Counted from the first letter of the stretch, positions 1 to 11,277 are shown. The stretch is 64,000 nucleotides of DNA from Candidatus Krumholzibacteriota bacterium (GCA_022711765.1 JAKLEB010000002.1:689726-753725); one strand, 5' to 3'. The notes: a model not told the origin generated them from the letters alone. Numbers and translations are program-made.

Positions 1-1451
1 AAGAAGCTCGGCATCAGGATCCCCTGCTCCTCGGCGATCGACTTGACCATGAAGTTGGGCGCGTTGCCGATGTAGGTGTTGGCGCCCATGAAGACCGCGC
101 CGGCGGAGATCGCCGTGAGGATCCTGACGAACTCGGGGCTGGGCGCGACGCCGAGCGCGTTGGCGTAGCCGAGCATGCCAGCGACGTGGCTCTCGGGCGC
201 GCCGATCTGGCCGAGCGCAGCGTTGAAGAACGTCAGGTAGGTCGGCGCGTTGTCGAGGAACGACGAGAGCGCGCCGGTTGCCCAGAAGTAGTGCGCCGGT
301 TCGCGCACTGCGCGCACGAGACCGGCCAGGGCGCCGTGCTCGCCGGCCTGCAGGATCGCGAGCGCGGGGATGATCGTCACGAAGATGCCGAAGAATAGGT
401 AAGCGACCTCCTGGATCGGTCCCCAGCTGAACCCGTTGGCCTTGCGCAGGTCCTGCTTCGTGGTCACGAGGCTCAAGACGCCCATGGCGATCAGGACAGC
501 GTCCTTGATCAGATTGCCCGCGTGCAGGGTCACGTGCCCGTAGACGTGGACGTCGCCGAGGCCCTTCGCGGCCGCGGTGCCGCTGAAGACCACGCCCGCC
601 ATCACGCCGGCCAGGAACAGGCCGTTGTGCGCGCCGCGGAGCGCGACGCCGCCCTTGCCGGCCGGGACCGGCTTGCTGGGCTCGGCAGCATAGCAGCGGC
701 GGTCCAGGAGATAGAAGACGGCGAGCAGGATCACGGCGGCGAGGAGGGTCTCCCGGATCATCCCCTTCGTGACCCAGAAGAACGGGACGCCGTGCAGAAA
801 ACCGAGGAACAGCGGTGGATCGCCGAGCGGCGTGAGGCTGCCGCCGATGTTGGCGACCAGGAAGATGAAGAAGCAGATCAGGTGGACCTTGTTCTGGCGC
901 CAGGCGTTGGCGCGCATGAGCGGGCGGATCATGAGCATCGCGGCGCCGGTCGTCCCGATCCAGGACGCCAGGAGGGTGCCGATCGACAGGACGAGCACGT
1001 TCGCGGCCGGCGTGCCGCGCAGGTCGCCTTCGAGCACGATGCCGCCGCTGATCGTGAAGAGCGCCCACAGCAGGATGATGAACGGCACGTAGTCCGCAAG
1101 CAGGATGTGCAGGAGCGACTGGACCGCGGCGCTTCCGAGCGCGATCACGAACGGCACGGCGAAGATCGCAGCCCAGGCGAAGCTCACCTTCGGGAAATGG
1201 CGGTGCCAGAAGTGGGGCGCGAGCAGCGGGAAGAGCGCGATGCTCAGCAGGATGCCCACGAACGGCAGGACCGTCCACAGGGGCAGCTGGCCGACGGGAT
1301 CGAGGTGCCCGCTCGCCGCGTCCCCGGCAGCCGCCTGGTCCGGCGGTGCGCCGGGTTGCGCGCCGGCCGGCGCCGCGCAGCCGCACAGCACGGCCGCGGC
1401 CAGGACCCCCCACGCGAGCAACCTGGTCGCCAAGGCCCGGGTCGATGTCAT
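1..1451 (-). CDS. ArsB/NhaD-superfamily ion transporter (putative Na+/H+ antiporter/anion permease); 3' end runs off the window
   Basis: Reverse-strand translation from ATG (rc of 1449-1451, preceded by GGAGG) gives a signal-like N-terminus, then polytopic membrane protein ending in the window as ...GANTYIGNAPNFMVKSIAEEQGI, typical of ArsB/NhaD/CitT-like permeases. Not in the ORF track because it is truncated. Confidence 0.6.
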   Translation of the reverse strand, partial: MTSTRALATRLLAWGVLAAAVLCGCAAPAGAQPGAPPDQAAAGDAASGHLDPVGQLPLWTVLPFVGILLSIALFPLLAPHFWHRHFPKVSFAWAAIFAVPFVIALGSAAVQSLLHILLADYVPFIILLWALFTISGGIVLEGDLRGTPAANVLVLSIGTLLASWIGTTGAAMLMIRPLMRANAWRQNKVHLICFFIFLVANIGGSLTPLGDPPLFLGFLHGVPFFWVTKGMIRETLLAAVILLAVFYLLDRRCYAAEPSKPVPAGKGGVALRGAHNGLFLAGVMAGVVFSGTAAAKGLGDVHVYGHVTLHAGNLIKDAVLIAMGVLSLVTTKQDLRKANGFSWGPIQEVAYLFFGIFVTIIPALAILQAGEHGALAGLVRAVREPAHYFWATGALSSFLDNAPTYLTFFNAALGQIGAPESHVAGMLGYANALGVAPSPEFVRILTAISAGAVFMGANTYIGNAPNFMVKSIAEEQGILMPSF

Positions 1452-1628
1452 ACGGCCTCCGTGCGGGAGTGACGGCCGGTGCGCGACGGGAGCGGGAGCG
1501 ACCGGATCGGGTTCTTCGGCTGCGTGCTGGCGCCGAGCGAGAAGCTACGGTACGTTCCCGGCGAAGTCAATTTCGCTCGACCGCGCCTCGCCGGCGTCCC
1601 ACGGAGGCAACCGGTCTTGCGCATCGCG

Positions 1629-2768
1629 ATGCTCAGCTCGCAGCGGGAGTTCTACGGGGGAGAGGTCCACCTGCTGGACCTGGCCGTGGCGTTGCGCGAC
1701 CGCGGGCATCGCGTGGCGTGCTTCGTGCGACCGGACAGCGAGCTGCGCCGCCGCCTCGTCGCGGCGGATCTCGAGGTCGCGGCGCTGCCGCTCGTCGACT
1801 GGTACGAGCCCGTCGGCATGGTGGCGCTCGCCCGTCGCCTCCGCGACTGGCGGCCCGACATCCTGCACACGCACAATCCGCGCGACTACTACATCGCGGG
1901 CGCGGCCACCGTCAATCTACGGACGGCGAACGTCGGCACGCGCCATCATCTGCGGCCGATCGCCTGCGCGCGCCTCAAGCGGCCCTTCTTGCGCCGCTTC
2001 GCCGCGATGATCGCCGTGAGCGAGGCCGTGCGCGGCAGCCTGCTCGCCGCGGGTCTGCCGGCCCGCCGCGTGGTGACCATTCCCAACGGCGTCCGCCTGC
2101 CCGTCGAGACCGCGTGCGCGACGGACCTGCGGCGGGAGCTGGGCGTGGACGCCGCGGCCGGTCCGGTGGTCGGCTGCGTCGGCCGGCTGAGTCCTGCCAA
2201 GGGGCCCCACCGGCTGCTCTGGGCGGCGGCGCTCCTGCGCCGGCGCTGGCCGGGCTTGCAGGTCGTGTTGATCGGCGGCGACAGCGGGAACGGCGGCTAC
2301 GCGCGCCGCCTGCGCGAGCTGGCCGCCGACCTGCGCGTGGATGCGAGGTTCTGCGGCTACCGGGAGTCGGCGGCGCGGCTGCTGCCGGCGCTGGACGTGC
2401 TCGCGGTGCCGTCGCGGGCCGAGCCATTCGGTCTGGTGACCGTCGAGGCGCTGGCGCGCGGTGTGCCCGTCGTGGCGACTCGCTCCGGCGGCAGCGGCGA
2501 GATCGTGAGGGACGGCCGGGACGGTCTCCTGGTGCCGCCGGACGACCCGGAGGCGCTGGCGGCGGCGCTCCACCGGATGCTCGCCGATTCCCTGCTGCGG
2601 GAGCGATGCCGGAGGTCCGGCGCCGCCCGCGTGGCCGCCCGCTTCACCCTGGCCCGCCAGTGCCTGTTGACGGAGAGGGTCTACGCGGCCGCGATGGCGG
2701 GGTGGCCGCCGGTCGCGCCGGCAACCGCCGGCGAGACCAGGCTCACCGGCGCCGGGGCGGGGCGCTAG
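1629..2768 (+). CDS. glycosyltransferase family 4 (GT-B fold)
   Basis: MLSSQREFYGGEVHLLDLAVAL..., EPFGLVTVEALARGVPVVAT and GGSGEIV motifs are characteristic of GT4 retaining glycosyltransferases. In-frame part of track ORF 1479..2768. Confidence 0.7.
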   Translation: MLSSQREFYGGEVHLLDLAVALRDRGHRVACFVRPDSELRRRLVAADLEVAALPLVDWYEPVGMVALARRLRDWRPDILHTHNPRDYYIAGAATVNLRTANVGTRHHLRPIACARLKRPFLRRFAAMIAVSEAVRGSLLAAGLPARRVVTIPNGVRLPVETACATDLRRELGVDAAAGPVVGCVGRLSPAKGPHRLLWAAALLRRRWPGLQVVLIGGDSGNGGYARRLRELAADLRVDARFCGYRESAARLLPALDVLAVPSRAEPFGLVTVEALARGVPVVATRSGGSGEIVRDGRDGLLVPPDDPEALAAALHRMLADSLLRERCRRSGAARVAARFTLARQCLLTERVYAAAMAGWPPVAPATAGETRLTGAGAGR

Positions 2769-3424
2769 AGGCGCTCGGCGAGATCCACGACCACCGGCAC
2801 GAGTCCGTCGATGATCAGCTGGACCGCGATCACGGTCAGCAGGAGGCCCATCAGCTTCTCGATGATGCGCATGCCGGTCCGCCCGAGGCGTCCGAGCACG
2901 CGATCGGCACCCGCGACGATCAGCCCGGTCAGCGACAGGATCACCACGAGCGCGGCCGTCACGAGGATGGCGCCGGTGGGACCGGGGATCTCCGGCCGCA
3001 GGACCATCACGGTCGTGATCGAGCCCGGGCCGGCCAGCAGGGGAATCGCGAGCGGGGTGATCGAAGGATCGTCGTCCTGATGGGGCGCGTCCGCTTCCTG
3101 CGGCGCCGGCTCGGCGCTGCGGCTGATGCCCGTCCGCCAACGACGGGGCTGGCTCTGGATCATGTCCAACCCGATGCCGAAGAAGATCACGCCGCCCGCG
3201 ATGCGGAAGGCGTCGATCGTGATTCCGAAGAGCGCCAGCAGGGCATTGCCGAGCCACGTGAAGAGCGCGAGCACGCAGAACGACACCACGAGCGCCCGGT
3301 ACAGCGTCCGGCGCTTCTGGCGCTCCGTCTGGTGGGCCGTGAGTCCGCTGAAGAAGGGAAGGCAGCCGAGGGGGTCGATGACCGCGAACAGCGACGACAG
3401 CGACAGCAGCACGAACGCGAGCAT
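2765..3424 (-). CDS. MarC family (UPF0056) integral membrane protein
   Basis: 219 aa, hydrophobic; N-terminus MLAFVLLSLSSLFAVIDPLGCLPFF matches the MarC/NAAT family. Confidence 0.65.
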   Translation of the reverse strand: MLAFVLLSLSSLFAVIDPLGCLPFFSGLTAHQTERQKRRTLYRALVVSFCVLALFTWLGNALLALFGITIDAFRIAGGVIFFGIGLDMIQSQPRRWRTGISRSAEPAPQEADAPHQDDDPSITPLAIPLLAGPGSITTVMVLRPEIPGPTGAILVTAALVVILSLTGLIVAGADRVLGRLGRTGMRIIEKLMGLLLTVIAVQLIIDGLVPVVVDLAERL

Positions 3425-3833
3425 GTCGAACCTTCCTGGACCGCCGGGCCGCCGGCGGCGCGAGCGCGACGGCGCCGGGCGGCTACGCTGCGGTCACTCG
3501 CGGACGCCGTGAGGGCGCACGCGATCCGGGTCCTCGTCGTCGCCCACGCGGACGGCGACGCGTACAGGTCCGGTCCACTCGCACCTCGCCTGCCCGATCA
3601 CCGCGAGGACGAACCTCACCAGGGGCAGGACGACTCTGGGCGCCATGGTCTTCACCCCACGCTTGCCGATGCACCGTCGAGTTGCCGGGACAGTCTCCCC
3701 ACGAGCGTGAGACGCGCCGAGGGCGCGATCGCCACGACCTAGCGGGAATTTACGCGCCGGATCGCCGCGATCAAGAACGAGATGTTGATTTTCGGGAAAC
3801 CTTTAGGTGTGTTGTAGGCCGGTCTCAGGAGAA

Positions 3834-3869
3834 CGCGCGCGCCGCCTTCTGCGGGGAAGGCGGCGCGCG
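3834..3869 (-). terminator. GC-rich hairpin (14-bp stem) immediately downstream of the MCP gene
   Basis: cgcgcgccgccttc-tgcggg-gaaggcggcgcgcg is a perfect inverted repeat 18 nt past the MCP stop. No clear U-tract. Confidence 0.4.
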
Positions 3870-3887
3870 GTGGTCCGACCGGGTCGA

Positions 3888-6113
3888 TCAGATCTCGGCC
3901 AGGTCGTCGTCGTCCAGCGGCAGCACGTCGGACGCGGTCACGCCGACTGCGACCTGCCGGGGCGCGGCCTTGGCCGCCGGCTTCGCCGGGGCCTTGGCCA
4001 TGGCCGCGTGAGCCGCGGCGGCCGGCTTGTGCGTCACGACGGACCGGTGCGCCGCGGCCGAGGGGCGCCGTGCCTTGTTCGCCGGGGACCTGGTCGCCTG
4101 GGGCGCGCCGTGCGACGCGGGCGCTTTCGCGACCACGTCGCGAACCTTGGCGGCTTCGCCGTAGGTCAGCTGGCGCAGGCCCTCGACCGAGGTCTGCACC
4201 AGGCGCGCCTGGCTCTCCAGATCCTTGCTCGCGGCAGCCGACTCCTCGGCGCTGGCCGCGTTGGTCTGGGTCAGCTGGTCGAGGCGGGTCATGGCGGTAT
4301 TGATCTCGCCGATGCCCTCGGCCTGCTCGTGGCTCGCCGACGCGACCTCGCCGACCAGGCGCTTGACCTCGTCGACGCTGGTCGTGATCTCGGCGAGGAT
4401 CTCGCCGACCTGCTCGGTCGCCTTGACCCCGCCGTCGGCGCTCTGCTGGCTCGCCTCGATCAGCTGGGCGGTGTTGCGCGCCGCCTCGGCGCTGCGCTGG
4501 GCCAGGTTGCGGACCTCTTCCGCCACCACGGCGAAGCCCTTGCCGGCCTCGCCGGCGCGCGCCGCCTCGACCGCGGCGTTCAGGGCGAGCAGATTCGTCT
4601 GGAACGCGATCTCGTCGATGGTCTTGAGGATGCGCGCCGTCTCGTCGCTGCTGCTCTTGATCTCGCCGATCACCTTCGAGAGGCGGTCCATCGCCTCGAC
4701 GCCCTTGCGGGCGGCCGCCGCGGCATTGGCGGTCACCTGGTCCGTCGCGGTGGCGTTGGTCGCGGTCTGCTGGGTGACCGAGGACATCTCCTGGAGCGAC
4801 GCGGCGATCTCCTCGAGCGCCGCAGCCTGCTCGCAGGCGCCGTCGGCCATCATCTGGCTCGAGCTCGCGACCTCGATCGACGAGTTGCCGACCTGGGCCG
4901 ACGCGCGGTTCAGTTCCCCGGACAGGTGGCCGATCTGGCGCGTGACCCCGGAGGCGACCAGGTACCAGAGGAGGCCGGCGAGCACGAGCGCGACGCCGGC
5001 GGTGACCAGTGCCGCGACGGTGTTGGCGCGGCCGAGGGCGGTCACCTTGTGCTCGGCGGCCATGAACTCGGCTTCGTAGGAGCCGGCGCCGATGATCCAG
5101 TCCCAGGGCGCGAAGTAGGCGACTCGCGCCACCTTCATGCGCGCCGCGGATTCGCCCTCGTTCTTCCAGGGGTACCACTGCTCGGCGAGGGTCCCTTCGG
5201 GCTGAGCCTTGGCCTTGGTGATCATCTCCTGGATGAACAGAGCGCCGTCCTCGTCCTTCGCCTGCCAGACGTTCTCGCCGTCACGAGCGCCGCCCTTCGA
5301 GATCACGTAGTTGCCCTGGCTGTCGAGGACGAACACGTAACCGGTCTGGCCGACCTTGACGTCCATGATGGACTGGCGCAGCGCCGTCGCGGACTCCAGC
5401 GGCACGCCGAAGTAGTTGATGCCGACCACGTCGCCGGTCGCGTCCTTGATGGGCTCGTAGGCGGTGATGTACCAGCGGTCCACCACGTACGCCTTGCCGA
5501 TGAAGGTCTTGCCGCCCAGGACGGACTGGACCACGGGGTTGGGCGCGCCGTCGGGATTCACCGCGGGGATGTAGGTGCCGATCGCGCGGGTGCCGTCCTC
5601 CTTGAGGACGGACGTGCACACGCGGAGCATGTCGCCCTGGACGTTCATGCGCTGGAAGATCGTCGCCGTGCCGCCGACGAGATCGCGCACCTCGTCGACG
5701 ATCGGGCTTTCGACGCCGGGGCTCTCGTTCTGGCCCAGCCATTCGTCGCCGACCAGCAGCTTGGGCAGTTGCACCTGCGTGGCCTGCTTGGTGGCCTGGT
5801 TGACGGCGTTCCAGGTCGCGTAATCGGCAGCGAAGGTGACCACGCCGCGGGAGGCGATCGCATCGCGAGCCACGGCGAGGCCGTCACGGACGTTGTCCTC
5901 GAGGACGGCCTGCTGGGTGGTGCACATCGCCCGGATGCCCGTGACGATGTGGTCCAGGTCGGCGAACGCCAGCGTCCGGCATTCCTCGGCCGCAGCCACC
6001 TTCATCTGGTTCTGCTTCGTGATCACGACGCCGATGATGACCGCCAGGGGGACCACCGTGATGGAGATGCCGATCAGGAGCAGGCGACTCCGCAGGGAGA
6101 GACGCGACCACAT
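3888..6113 (-). CDS. methyl-accepting chemotaxis protein with periplasmic dCache-type sensor, HAMP and MCP signalling domain
   Basis: Start [21 protein letters not shown] (TM1), large periplasmic domain, second TM, then the classic MCP signalling region ([30 protein letters not shown]). Ends with a long Ala/Pro/Lys-rich tail ...DDDDLAEI. Confidence 0.85.
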   Translation of the reverse strand: MWSRLSLRSRLLLIGISITVVPLAVIIGVVITKQNQMKVAAAEECRTLAFADLDHIVTGIRAMCTTQQAVLEDNVRDGLAVARDAIASRGVVTFAADYATWNAVNQATKQATQVQLPKLLVGDEWLGQNESPGVESPIVDEVRDLVGGTATIFQRMNVQGDMLRVCTSVLKEDGTRAIGTYIPAVNPDGAPNPVVQSVLGGKTFIGKAYVVDRWYITAYEPIKDATGDVVGINYFGVPLESATALRQSIMDVKVGQTGYVFVLDSQGNYVISKGGARDGENVWQAKDEDGALFIQEMITKAKAQPEGTLAEQWYPWKNEGESAARMKVARVAYFAPWDWIIGAGSYEAEFMAAEHKVTALGRANTVAALVTAGVALVLAGLLWYLVASGVTRQIGHLSGELNRASAQVGNSSIEVASSSQMMADGACEQAAALEEIAASLQEMSSVTQQTATNATATDQVTANAAAAARKGVEAMDRLSKVIGEIKSSSDETARILKTIDEIAFQTNLLALNAAVEAARAGEAGKGFAVVAEEVRNLAQRSAEAARNTAQLIEASQQSADGGVKATEQVGEILAEITTSVDEVKRLVGEVASASHEQAEGIGEINTAMTRLDQLTQTNAASAEESAAASKDLESQARLVQTSVEGLRQLTYGEAAKVRDVVAKAPASHGAPQATRSPANKARRPSAAAHRSVVTHKPAAAAHAAMAKAPAKPAAKAAPRQVAVGVTASDVLPLDDDDLAEI

Positions 6114-6249
6114 GTGCGACGTCCTTTCGCGAGCAAGGCCAGGCGCTCCCCTCAGAACTCCCCGGCGCACAGAACGATCGACGTCGTTTTCGGAGTCGCG
6201 CCGACAAACTGTAGCATTTTCTTGTCCGATTGGTCGGTCTCGCGGGCGG

Positions 6250-7368
6250 TCAAGATCGTCCGGGGAGCGCCGCGGCCAGGACCGCCACCAGCCGCCGGGC
6301 CAGCTCGCGGCCGTTCTGGGCGTCGTGGTTCAGGATGGAACCGGCCACCGTCACGTCGAGCGCTGGCACGTGGAAGGCGAAGGTGTTCCAGAAGCCCTGA
6401 TGGCCCCAGGCGAGGTGTCCGTCCAGATCCACGCACATCAGACCGAGGCGGTAGGTCGCGGTGCCGCCGCCGGTCATGGCCGCGAGGGAGGACGCCTCGC
6501 GCAGGACCCGGCCGCCGAGCAACGCGCGCATGAAGACGGCCAGATCACGGGCGTCGGACACCAGTCCGCCGCCGCCGTAGAGGTCCAGCGACGGATTCCA
6601 GTCGGTCGTGTCGAGCTCGCCGAAGTACTGGTGGGCGCGGGGGCCGGCGGCCCGGGGCGGGGTCTCCGCGACCTCCCACCAGGTCGCGTCCAGGTCCAGC
6701 GAGGCGAAGTCGAGCAGCTCCCGCACGGCGGGGCCGAGGCCGCGCCCGGCGACCCGTTCGACGACGCCGCCCAGCAAGACGTATCCGGTGTCCGAGTAGA
6801 CGAACCGCTCGCCGGGAGCGCCCACCGGGTCCTGCCATTCGACGCAGAGCCGGAGGTCCTCGGCCGGGGTCCATTCGTGCTGCGGATCGGCGAGGATCGC
6901 CTCGGCGAATCGCGGATCGGCGGTGTGGTCGCCGAGTCCCGCGGTGTGGCTGAGGACGTGGCGCAGGGTGATCGCGTCCAGGTCGTAGCGGTCGCCAGCG
7001 AGGAGCGCCCGCTGATCGGCGGAGAGGTAGCGGCCGAGGAGGTCGTCCAGGGAGAGCCGGCCCTGCTCGGCGAGCCGGAGCACCGCGGCGGCCACGTACG
7101 TCTTGGTGTTGCTGGCGATGCGAAAGGTGTGGTCCGGCGTGAGGGGGACCGTCGATCCGTGCGCCTCGGCGCCCGCCGCGCCGGTCCAGACCAGATCGAC
7201 CCCCGGCGCCTCCACGTGGGCGACCACGCCCGGCGCGAGCGGATTCTCCGCCAGGTACTGGGCGACGACGGCCTGCAGGTCGCGCGCCAGGGTGCCCGGG
7301 TCGGCGGCGGTCGCGGACCCGGCCAGCCAGGCGCCGAGGGCGAGGCTGAGACCGAAATGGCGGTTCAT
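6250..7368 (-). CDS. serine hydrolase, beta-lactamase / D-Ala-D-Ala carboxypeptidase family (class C-like), secreted
   Basis: Signal peptide [21 protein letters not shown]; S-x-x-K motif in [10 protein letters not shown]; YSDTGY (Y-x-N-like) motif. Confidence 0.75.
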   Translation of the reverse strand: MNRHFGLSLALGAWLAGSATAADPGTLARDLQAVVAQYLAENPLAPGVVAHVEAPGVDLVWTGAAGAEAHGSTVPLTPDHTFRIASNTKTYVAAAVLRLAEQGRLSLDDLLGRYLSADQRALLAGDRYDLDAITLRHVLSHTAGLGDHTADPRFAEAILADPQHEWTPAEDLRLCVEWQDPVGAPGERFVYSDTGYVLLGGVVERVAGRGLGPAVRELLDFASLDLDATWWEVAETPPRAAGPRAHQYFGELDTTDWNPSLDLYGGGGLVSDARDLAVFMRALLGGRVLREASSLAAMTGGGTATYRLGLMCVDLDGHLAWGHQGFWNTFAFHVPALDVTVAGSILNHDAQNGRELARRLVAVLAAALPGRS

Positions 7369-7486
7369 GGCGTCTCCCGTCAAGCGAGCGGCCGGTTGTG
7401 CGGCGGCTCCATCTGGATTACCTTCCAGCGATCAGCGCCGGCCTTCCGGGCCGGCACATCGTCGCGCGATCCCCATGGCGAGAACT

Positions 7487-8347
7487 ATGCGATTAGGCGA
7501 CTGGACCTTCAAGCTCTTCAGTGACGGCCGCTTCCGCCTGGACGGCGGCGCGACCTTCGGAATCGTCCCCAAGCCGATGTGGGAGAAGCAGCTCGCGGCC
7601 GACAGCCTGAACCGCGTTCCGGTGGCGCTGCGGTGCCTGCTCGCCGAGGGTCACGACTGCCGCGTCCTGGTCGACACCGGGATCGGCGACCGCTGGGATG
7701 CCCGCCAGCGCGAGATCTACGGCATGGAGCGGCGCGCCGGGCAGCTGTTGACCGAGCTCGACGCGGCCGGCATCGCGCGCGACAGCATCACCGACGTCAT
7801 CCTGACGCACCTGCACTTCGACCACGCCGGCGGCGCCTGCCTCGACCTGGCGGGCGGCATGACCCCGGCCTTCCCGAACGCGCGCTGGTGGCTGCAGCGG
7901 CAGCACTGGGAATGGGCGCATCACCCCAGCGAGCGGGACCGCGCCAGCTTCCGTCCCGAGGACTTCGAAGCGCTGGCCGCGACCGGCCGCCTCGAGCTGG
8001 TCGAGGGCCACGTGGAGATCCTGCCCGGGCTGCGGGTCGCTCCGGCGAGCGGCCACACGCCCGGCATGCAGATCCCGGAATTCCACACCGACGAGGGCAC
8101 GCTGGTCTTCCTCGCCGACCTCATCCCCTCGGTGTCCCACGTCCATCTGCCCTGGGTCGCGGGCTGGGACCTGAATCCGCTGCTCACGCTCAGCGAGAAG
8201 CGCCAGCTGCTGAGCCGGGCGGTCGAGGACGACTATCTGCTCGTGTTCCAGCACGATCCCGTGCACGAAGCCTGCCGCGTCACGTTCCAGGACGGGCGGT
8301 TCCGGGCGCGCGAGATCTGCCAGCTGACGACGGCGACCGCCTCGTAG
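7487..8347 (+). CDS. MBL-fold metallo-hydrolase
   Basis: THLHFDHAGG (HxHxDH zinc motif) and MBL-like downstream His/Asp residues. Start could alternatively be ATG 7475. Confidence 0.75.
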   Translation: MRLGDWTFKLFSDGRFRLDGGATFGIVPKPMWEKQLAADSLNRVPVALRCLLAEGHDCRVLVDTGIGDRWDARQREIYGMERRAGQLLTELDAAGIARDSITDVILTHLHFDHAGGACLDLAGGMTPAFPNARWWLQRQHWEWAHHPSERDRASFRPEDFEALAATGRLELVEGHVEILPGLRVAPASGHTPGMQIPEFHTDEGTLVFLADLIPSVSHVHLPWVAGWDLNPLLTLSEKRQLLSRAVEDDYLLVFQHDPVHEACRVTFQDGRFRAREICQLTTATAS

Positions 8348-8360
8348 GAAGGACTCCGCG

Positions 8361-9248
8361 ATGAGCCCCCGGACCGTAGCGCGCAAGCCTCGCTGGCTGG
8401 TGATGCCGCGTCAGGGCGGCGAGGACTACAACCGCATGAAGCGCCTCCTTCGGACGGCGTCGCTGCACACGGTCTGCGAGTCGGCGAACTGCCCCAACCG
8501 CGGGGAATGCTTCGCCAGCGGCACGGCCACCTTCCTGCTCATGGGGCACACCTGCACCCGCCATTGCACGTTCTGCAACATCCCGGGCGGCCGGGTCTCG
8601 GCGCTCGATCGCGGCGAGCCGCGCCGCGTCGCGGAGACCGTCCGCCACCTCGGCCTGGGATTCGCGGTCGTCACCAGCGTGACCCGTGACGACCTGCCCG
8701 ACGGCGGCGCCGCGCACATCGCCGCCACGATCCGCGAGATCCGGCGGCTCAACCCTGGCTGCGGCGTCGAGGTGCTGATCCCCGACCTGCGCGGCGACCC
8801 GGTCGCGCTCGAGACGATCTTCACGGCCGCGCCGGAGGTCCTCAACCACAACCTGGAGACCGTGCCGCGGCTCTACCCGGCGATGCGCCCTCAGGCGCGG
8901 TACCTGACCTCGCTCCAGGTCCTGCGGCGAGCGCGCCAGTGGTCGGACGCCGAAGATCACGCCATGACCGTCAAGACCGGCATCATGGTCGGGGTCGGCG
9001 AGACGCGAGACGAGGTGGTCCAGGTCCTGCGGGACGCGGTCGAGCACGGGGTCGAGGTCATGACGATCGGGCAGTACCTGCAACCCACGGCGACCCACCA
9101 CCCGGTGGCGCGTTACGTGGAGCCCGCCGAGTTCACCGAGCTCGCGGCGATCGGGCGCGAGCTGGGGCTCGCCTGGGTGGAAGCGGGGCCGATGGTGCGG
9201 TCCAGCTACCACGCCCGCGAGCAGAGCGAGGCGCTGGGCGGCTCGTGA
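8361..9248 (+). CDS. lipA: lipoyl synthase (radical SAM)
   Basis: N-terminal auxiliary cluster motif CESANCPNRGEC and radical-SAM motif CTRHCTFC; length and overall profile of LipA. Confidence 0.9.
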   Translation: MSPRTVARKPRWLVMPRQGGEDYNRMKRLLRTASLHTVCESANCPNRGECFASGTATFLLMGHTCTRHCTFCNIPGGRVSALDRGEPRRVAETVRHLGLGFAVVTSVTRDDLPDGGAAHIAATIREIRRLNPGCGVEVLIPDLRGDPVALETIFTAAPEVLNHNLETVPRLYPAMRPQARYLTSLQVLRRARQWSDAEDHAMTVKTGIMVGVGETRDEVVQVLRDAVEHGVEVMTIGQYLQPTATHHPVARYVEPAEFTELAAIGRELGLAWVEAGPMVRSSYHAREQSEALGGS

Positions 9249-10399
9249 CCGTGTCCGCGAAGCTCGTGGCGTGGTCCGTCGCGGCCACCGTGTGCGCGCT
9301 CGCGGGCTGCGACCGGGCCCACCCTGAGCCGCGCGCGCCCGCGACGTGCCGCGGGCTCTGGATCACCCGCTGGGACTACCGCACGGCGGACGACGTCGAC
9401 CGCTGCCTCGACGCCGCCGCCGAGCTCGGCGCGACCGACGTGTTCTGGCAGGTGCGCGGCCAGGCGGACGCGCTCTACCGCAGCGATCTCGAGCCGTGGA
9501 GCGACCTGCTCGGCGTTGGCGATCCGGGCTTCGATCCCCTCGACCACGCCATCGCGCGCGCGCACCGGCGCGGGCTGCGCCTGCACGCCTGGGTCAACGT
9601 CTACCCGCTGTGGAAGGGGCTCGCGCCGCCGGCGGCCGCGACGCACCCCCTGAACCGCCATCCCTCCTGGCGACTGCACGACGAGACCGGCTCGCCCCAG
9701 CCGCTCAACGATCACTACGTCGTCGCGAATCCGACCGACCCGGCGGTCCAGGACCACATCGCCGCGGTCCTGCGCGATCTCTGCGCTCGATTCGAGATCG
9801 ACGGCCTGCACCTGGATTACGTGCGATTCGTGAGCGAGGGCCTCGACACGGCGCGCGTCTGGCCCGGCGATCCGGCGAGCTTCGACCGCTGGCGGGCAGC
9901 CGGCGCGAGCGGCGACCCGACGACGGCCGCCGGGCGAACCGCCTACCGCGCCTGGATCCGCGACGAGATCACGCGCCTGGTCGCCCGCGTGGCGCGCGAG
10001 GGGCGGGCGGCGCGCCCCGGGCTGGCGGTGTCGGCGGCGGTGATCCGGCGGCCCGACCGCGCGCGCGATCTCTACCTGCAAGACGCGGCCGCCTGGCTCG
10101 CGGCCGGCCACGTCGACCGCCTCCTGCCGATGATCTACACCCGCGACGCGTCGTCGTTCGCCGACGACCTCGCGGCGTGGCGGCTCGCGGCGCCGCCGTC
10201 CCGGCTGGTCGCGGGGATCGGCGTCCACCTGCAGGAGCCGGCGGACCTGGCGCCGCAGCTCGCCGCCTGCGCCGGCGCGGGCGGGTGGTCGATCTTCGCG
10301 TTCTCCTCCGTGGCGGAGAGCGTCGATCCCGAGCAGGACGACAGCCCGCTGGCCGCGCGGCGCCGCGACCGGCTGCGGTCGATCATCGCCGGATTCTGA
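9245..10399 (+). CDS. glycoside-hydrolase-like family 10 (GHL10/DUF187, YngK-like) lipoprotein
   Basis: GTG start overlaps the lipA stop (GTGA). Lipobox ...CALAGC; LWITRWDYRT...ATDVFWQVRGQADALYRSDLEPW matches the Glyco_hydro_like_10 family. Confidence 0.65.
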   Translation: MTVSAKLVAWSVAATVCALAGCDRAHPEPRAPATCRGLWITRWDYRTADDVDRCLDAAAELGATDVFWQVRGQADALYRSDLEPWSDLLGVGDPGFDPLDHAIARAHRRGLRLHAWVNVYPLWKGLAPPAAATHPLNRHPSWRLHDETGSPQPLNDHYVVANPTDPAVQDHIAAVLRDLCARFEIDGLHLDYVRFVSEGLDTARVWPGDPASFDRWRAAGASGDPTTAAGRTAYRAWIRDEITRLVARVAREGRAARPGLAVSAAVIRRPDRARDLYLQDAAAWLAAGHVDRLLPMIYTRDASSFADDLAAWRLAAPPSRLVAGIGVHLQEPADLAPQLAACAGAGGWSIFAFSSVAESVDPEQDDSPLAARRRDRLRSIIAGF

Positions 10400-10557
10400 C
10401 GCTTGCCAGATCCACGGCGCCGGTCCAGTATCGGCCGTCGACTGCGAATTCCAGCCGCGGAGGCCGCGCCTTGCCAGCCTGGTCCTACGCCCGGCAGACG
10501 ATCTTGAATCCGCATTCTCGCGCGTGCCTCTGGAAGCATCCGGTCCAGGCGACGCGG

Positions 10558-11277
10558 ATGATCGTCGGCGTGGGCGTGAACCACCTGCTCGGCCTGAGCG
10601 AGACGATCCTGCCGGCCGCCGACCAGACCTGTCCGGTCTGCCGCTGGCAAGGGCGGCGATTCCGGACCTTCGTCGCGCCCGACATCGTCATCCCCGCCAG
10701 CATCTGTCCCGAATGCGGCTCGTTCGACCGCCAGCGCCACGTGGTGCTCGGCATGCGCGAGGTGCTCGCGAACCCCGCGCGGGTGCCGCGGACCCTGCTC
10801 GGGCTGTCGCTCTCCCAGGCGATGAGCTACCTGGTCGCGCACGAGGGCCTCGGCCGCTGTTTCCGCTCGGACTACGACCGCCGCGACCCGCGTTACGAGC
10901 CCGACGCGATCATCGACATCGCCCGCGCCGGTTTTCGCACGGACGCCTTCGACTGGATCCTCTGCAGCCACGTGCTCGAGCACGTTCCGGACTTCGACGC
11001 CGCGGTCGACGAGCTGGTCCGCATCCTGCGGCCGGGCGGCCTGGCCTGGATCCAGGTCGCGTACCAGGAACACCTGGCCGAAAGCCGGCGGATTCCCCTC
11101 GATCCCCGCGACTTCGACGCCCACGCGTGGCGGTTCGGCCAGGATTTCGCGGTGCGGCTGGGCCGGCCGGGCTGGCAGGTGACGACAGTCGAGGCGTCGT
11201 TCCTGGCGCCCGCGGTGCGCCAGCGCCACGGCATCCACCCGGTCGAGCGCTACTGGCTCGCGCGCAAGCTCGGCTGA
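10558..11277 (+). CDS. class I SAM-dependent methyltransferase
   Basis: Methyltransf_11-like core (WILCSHVLEHVPDFDAAVDELVRILRPGGLAW). N-terminal CxxC...CxxC zinc-ribbon-like pair (CPVC...CPEC). Confidence 0.6.
   Translation: MIVGVGVNHLLGLSETILPAADQTCPVCRWQGRRFRTFVAPDIVIPASICPECGSFDRQRHVVLGMREVLANPARVPRTLLGLSLSQAMSYLVAHEGLGRCFRSDYDRRDPRYEPDAIIDIARAGFRTDAFDWILCSHVLEHVPDFDAAVDELVRILRPGGLAWIQVAYQEHLAESRRIPLDPRDFDAHAWRFGQDFAVRLGRPGWQVTTVEASFLAPAVRQRHGIHPVERYWLARKLG

Noticed and set aside
1346-3742. 798-aa plus-strand ORF
   Set aside because: Out of frame with and overlapping the GT4 and MarC genes; Arg/Ala/Gly/Pro-rich.
3807-6533. 908-aa plus-strand ORF
   Set aside because: Arg/Gly/Leu/Asp-rich low-complexity translation lying antisense to the well-supported MCP gene; typical off-frame ORF in 70% GC DNA.
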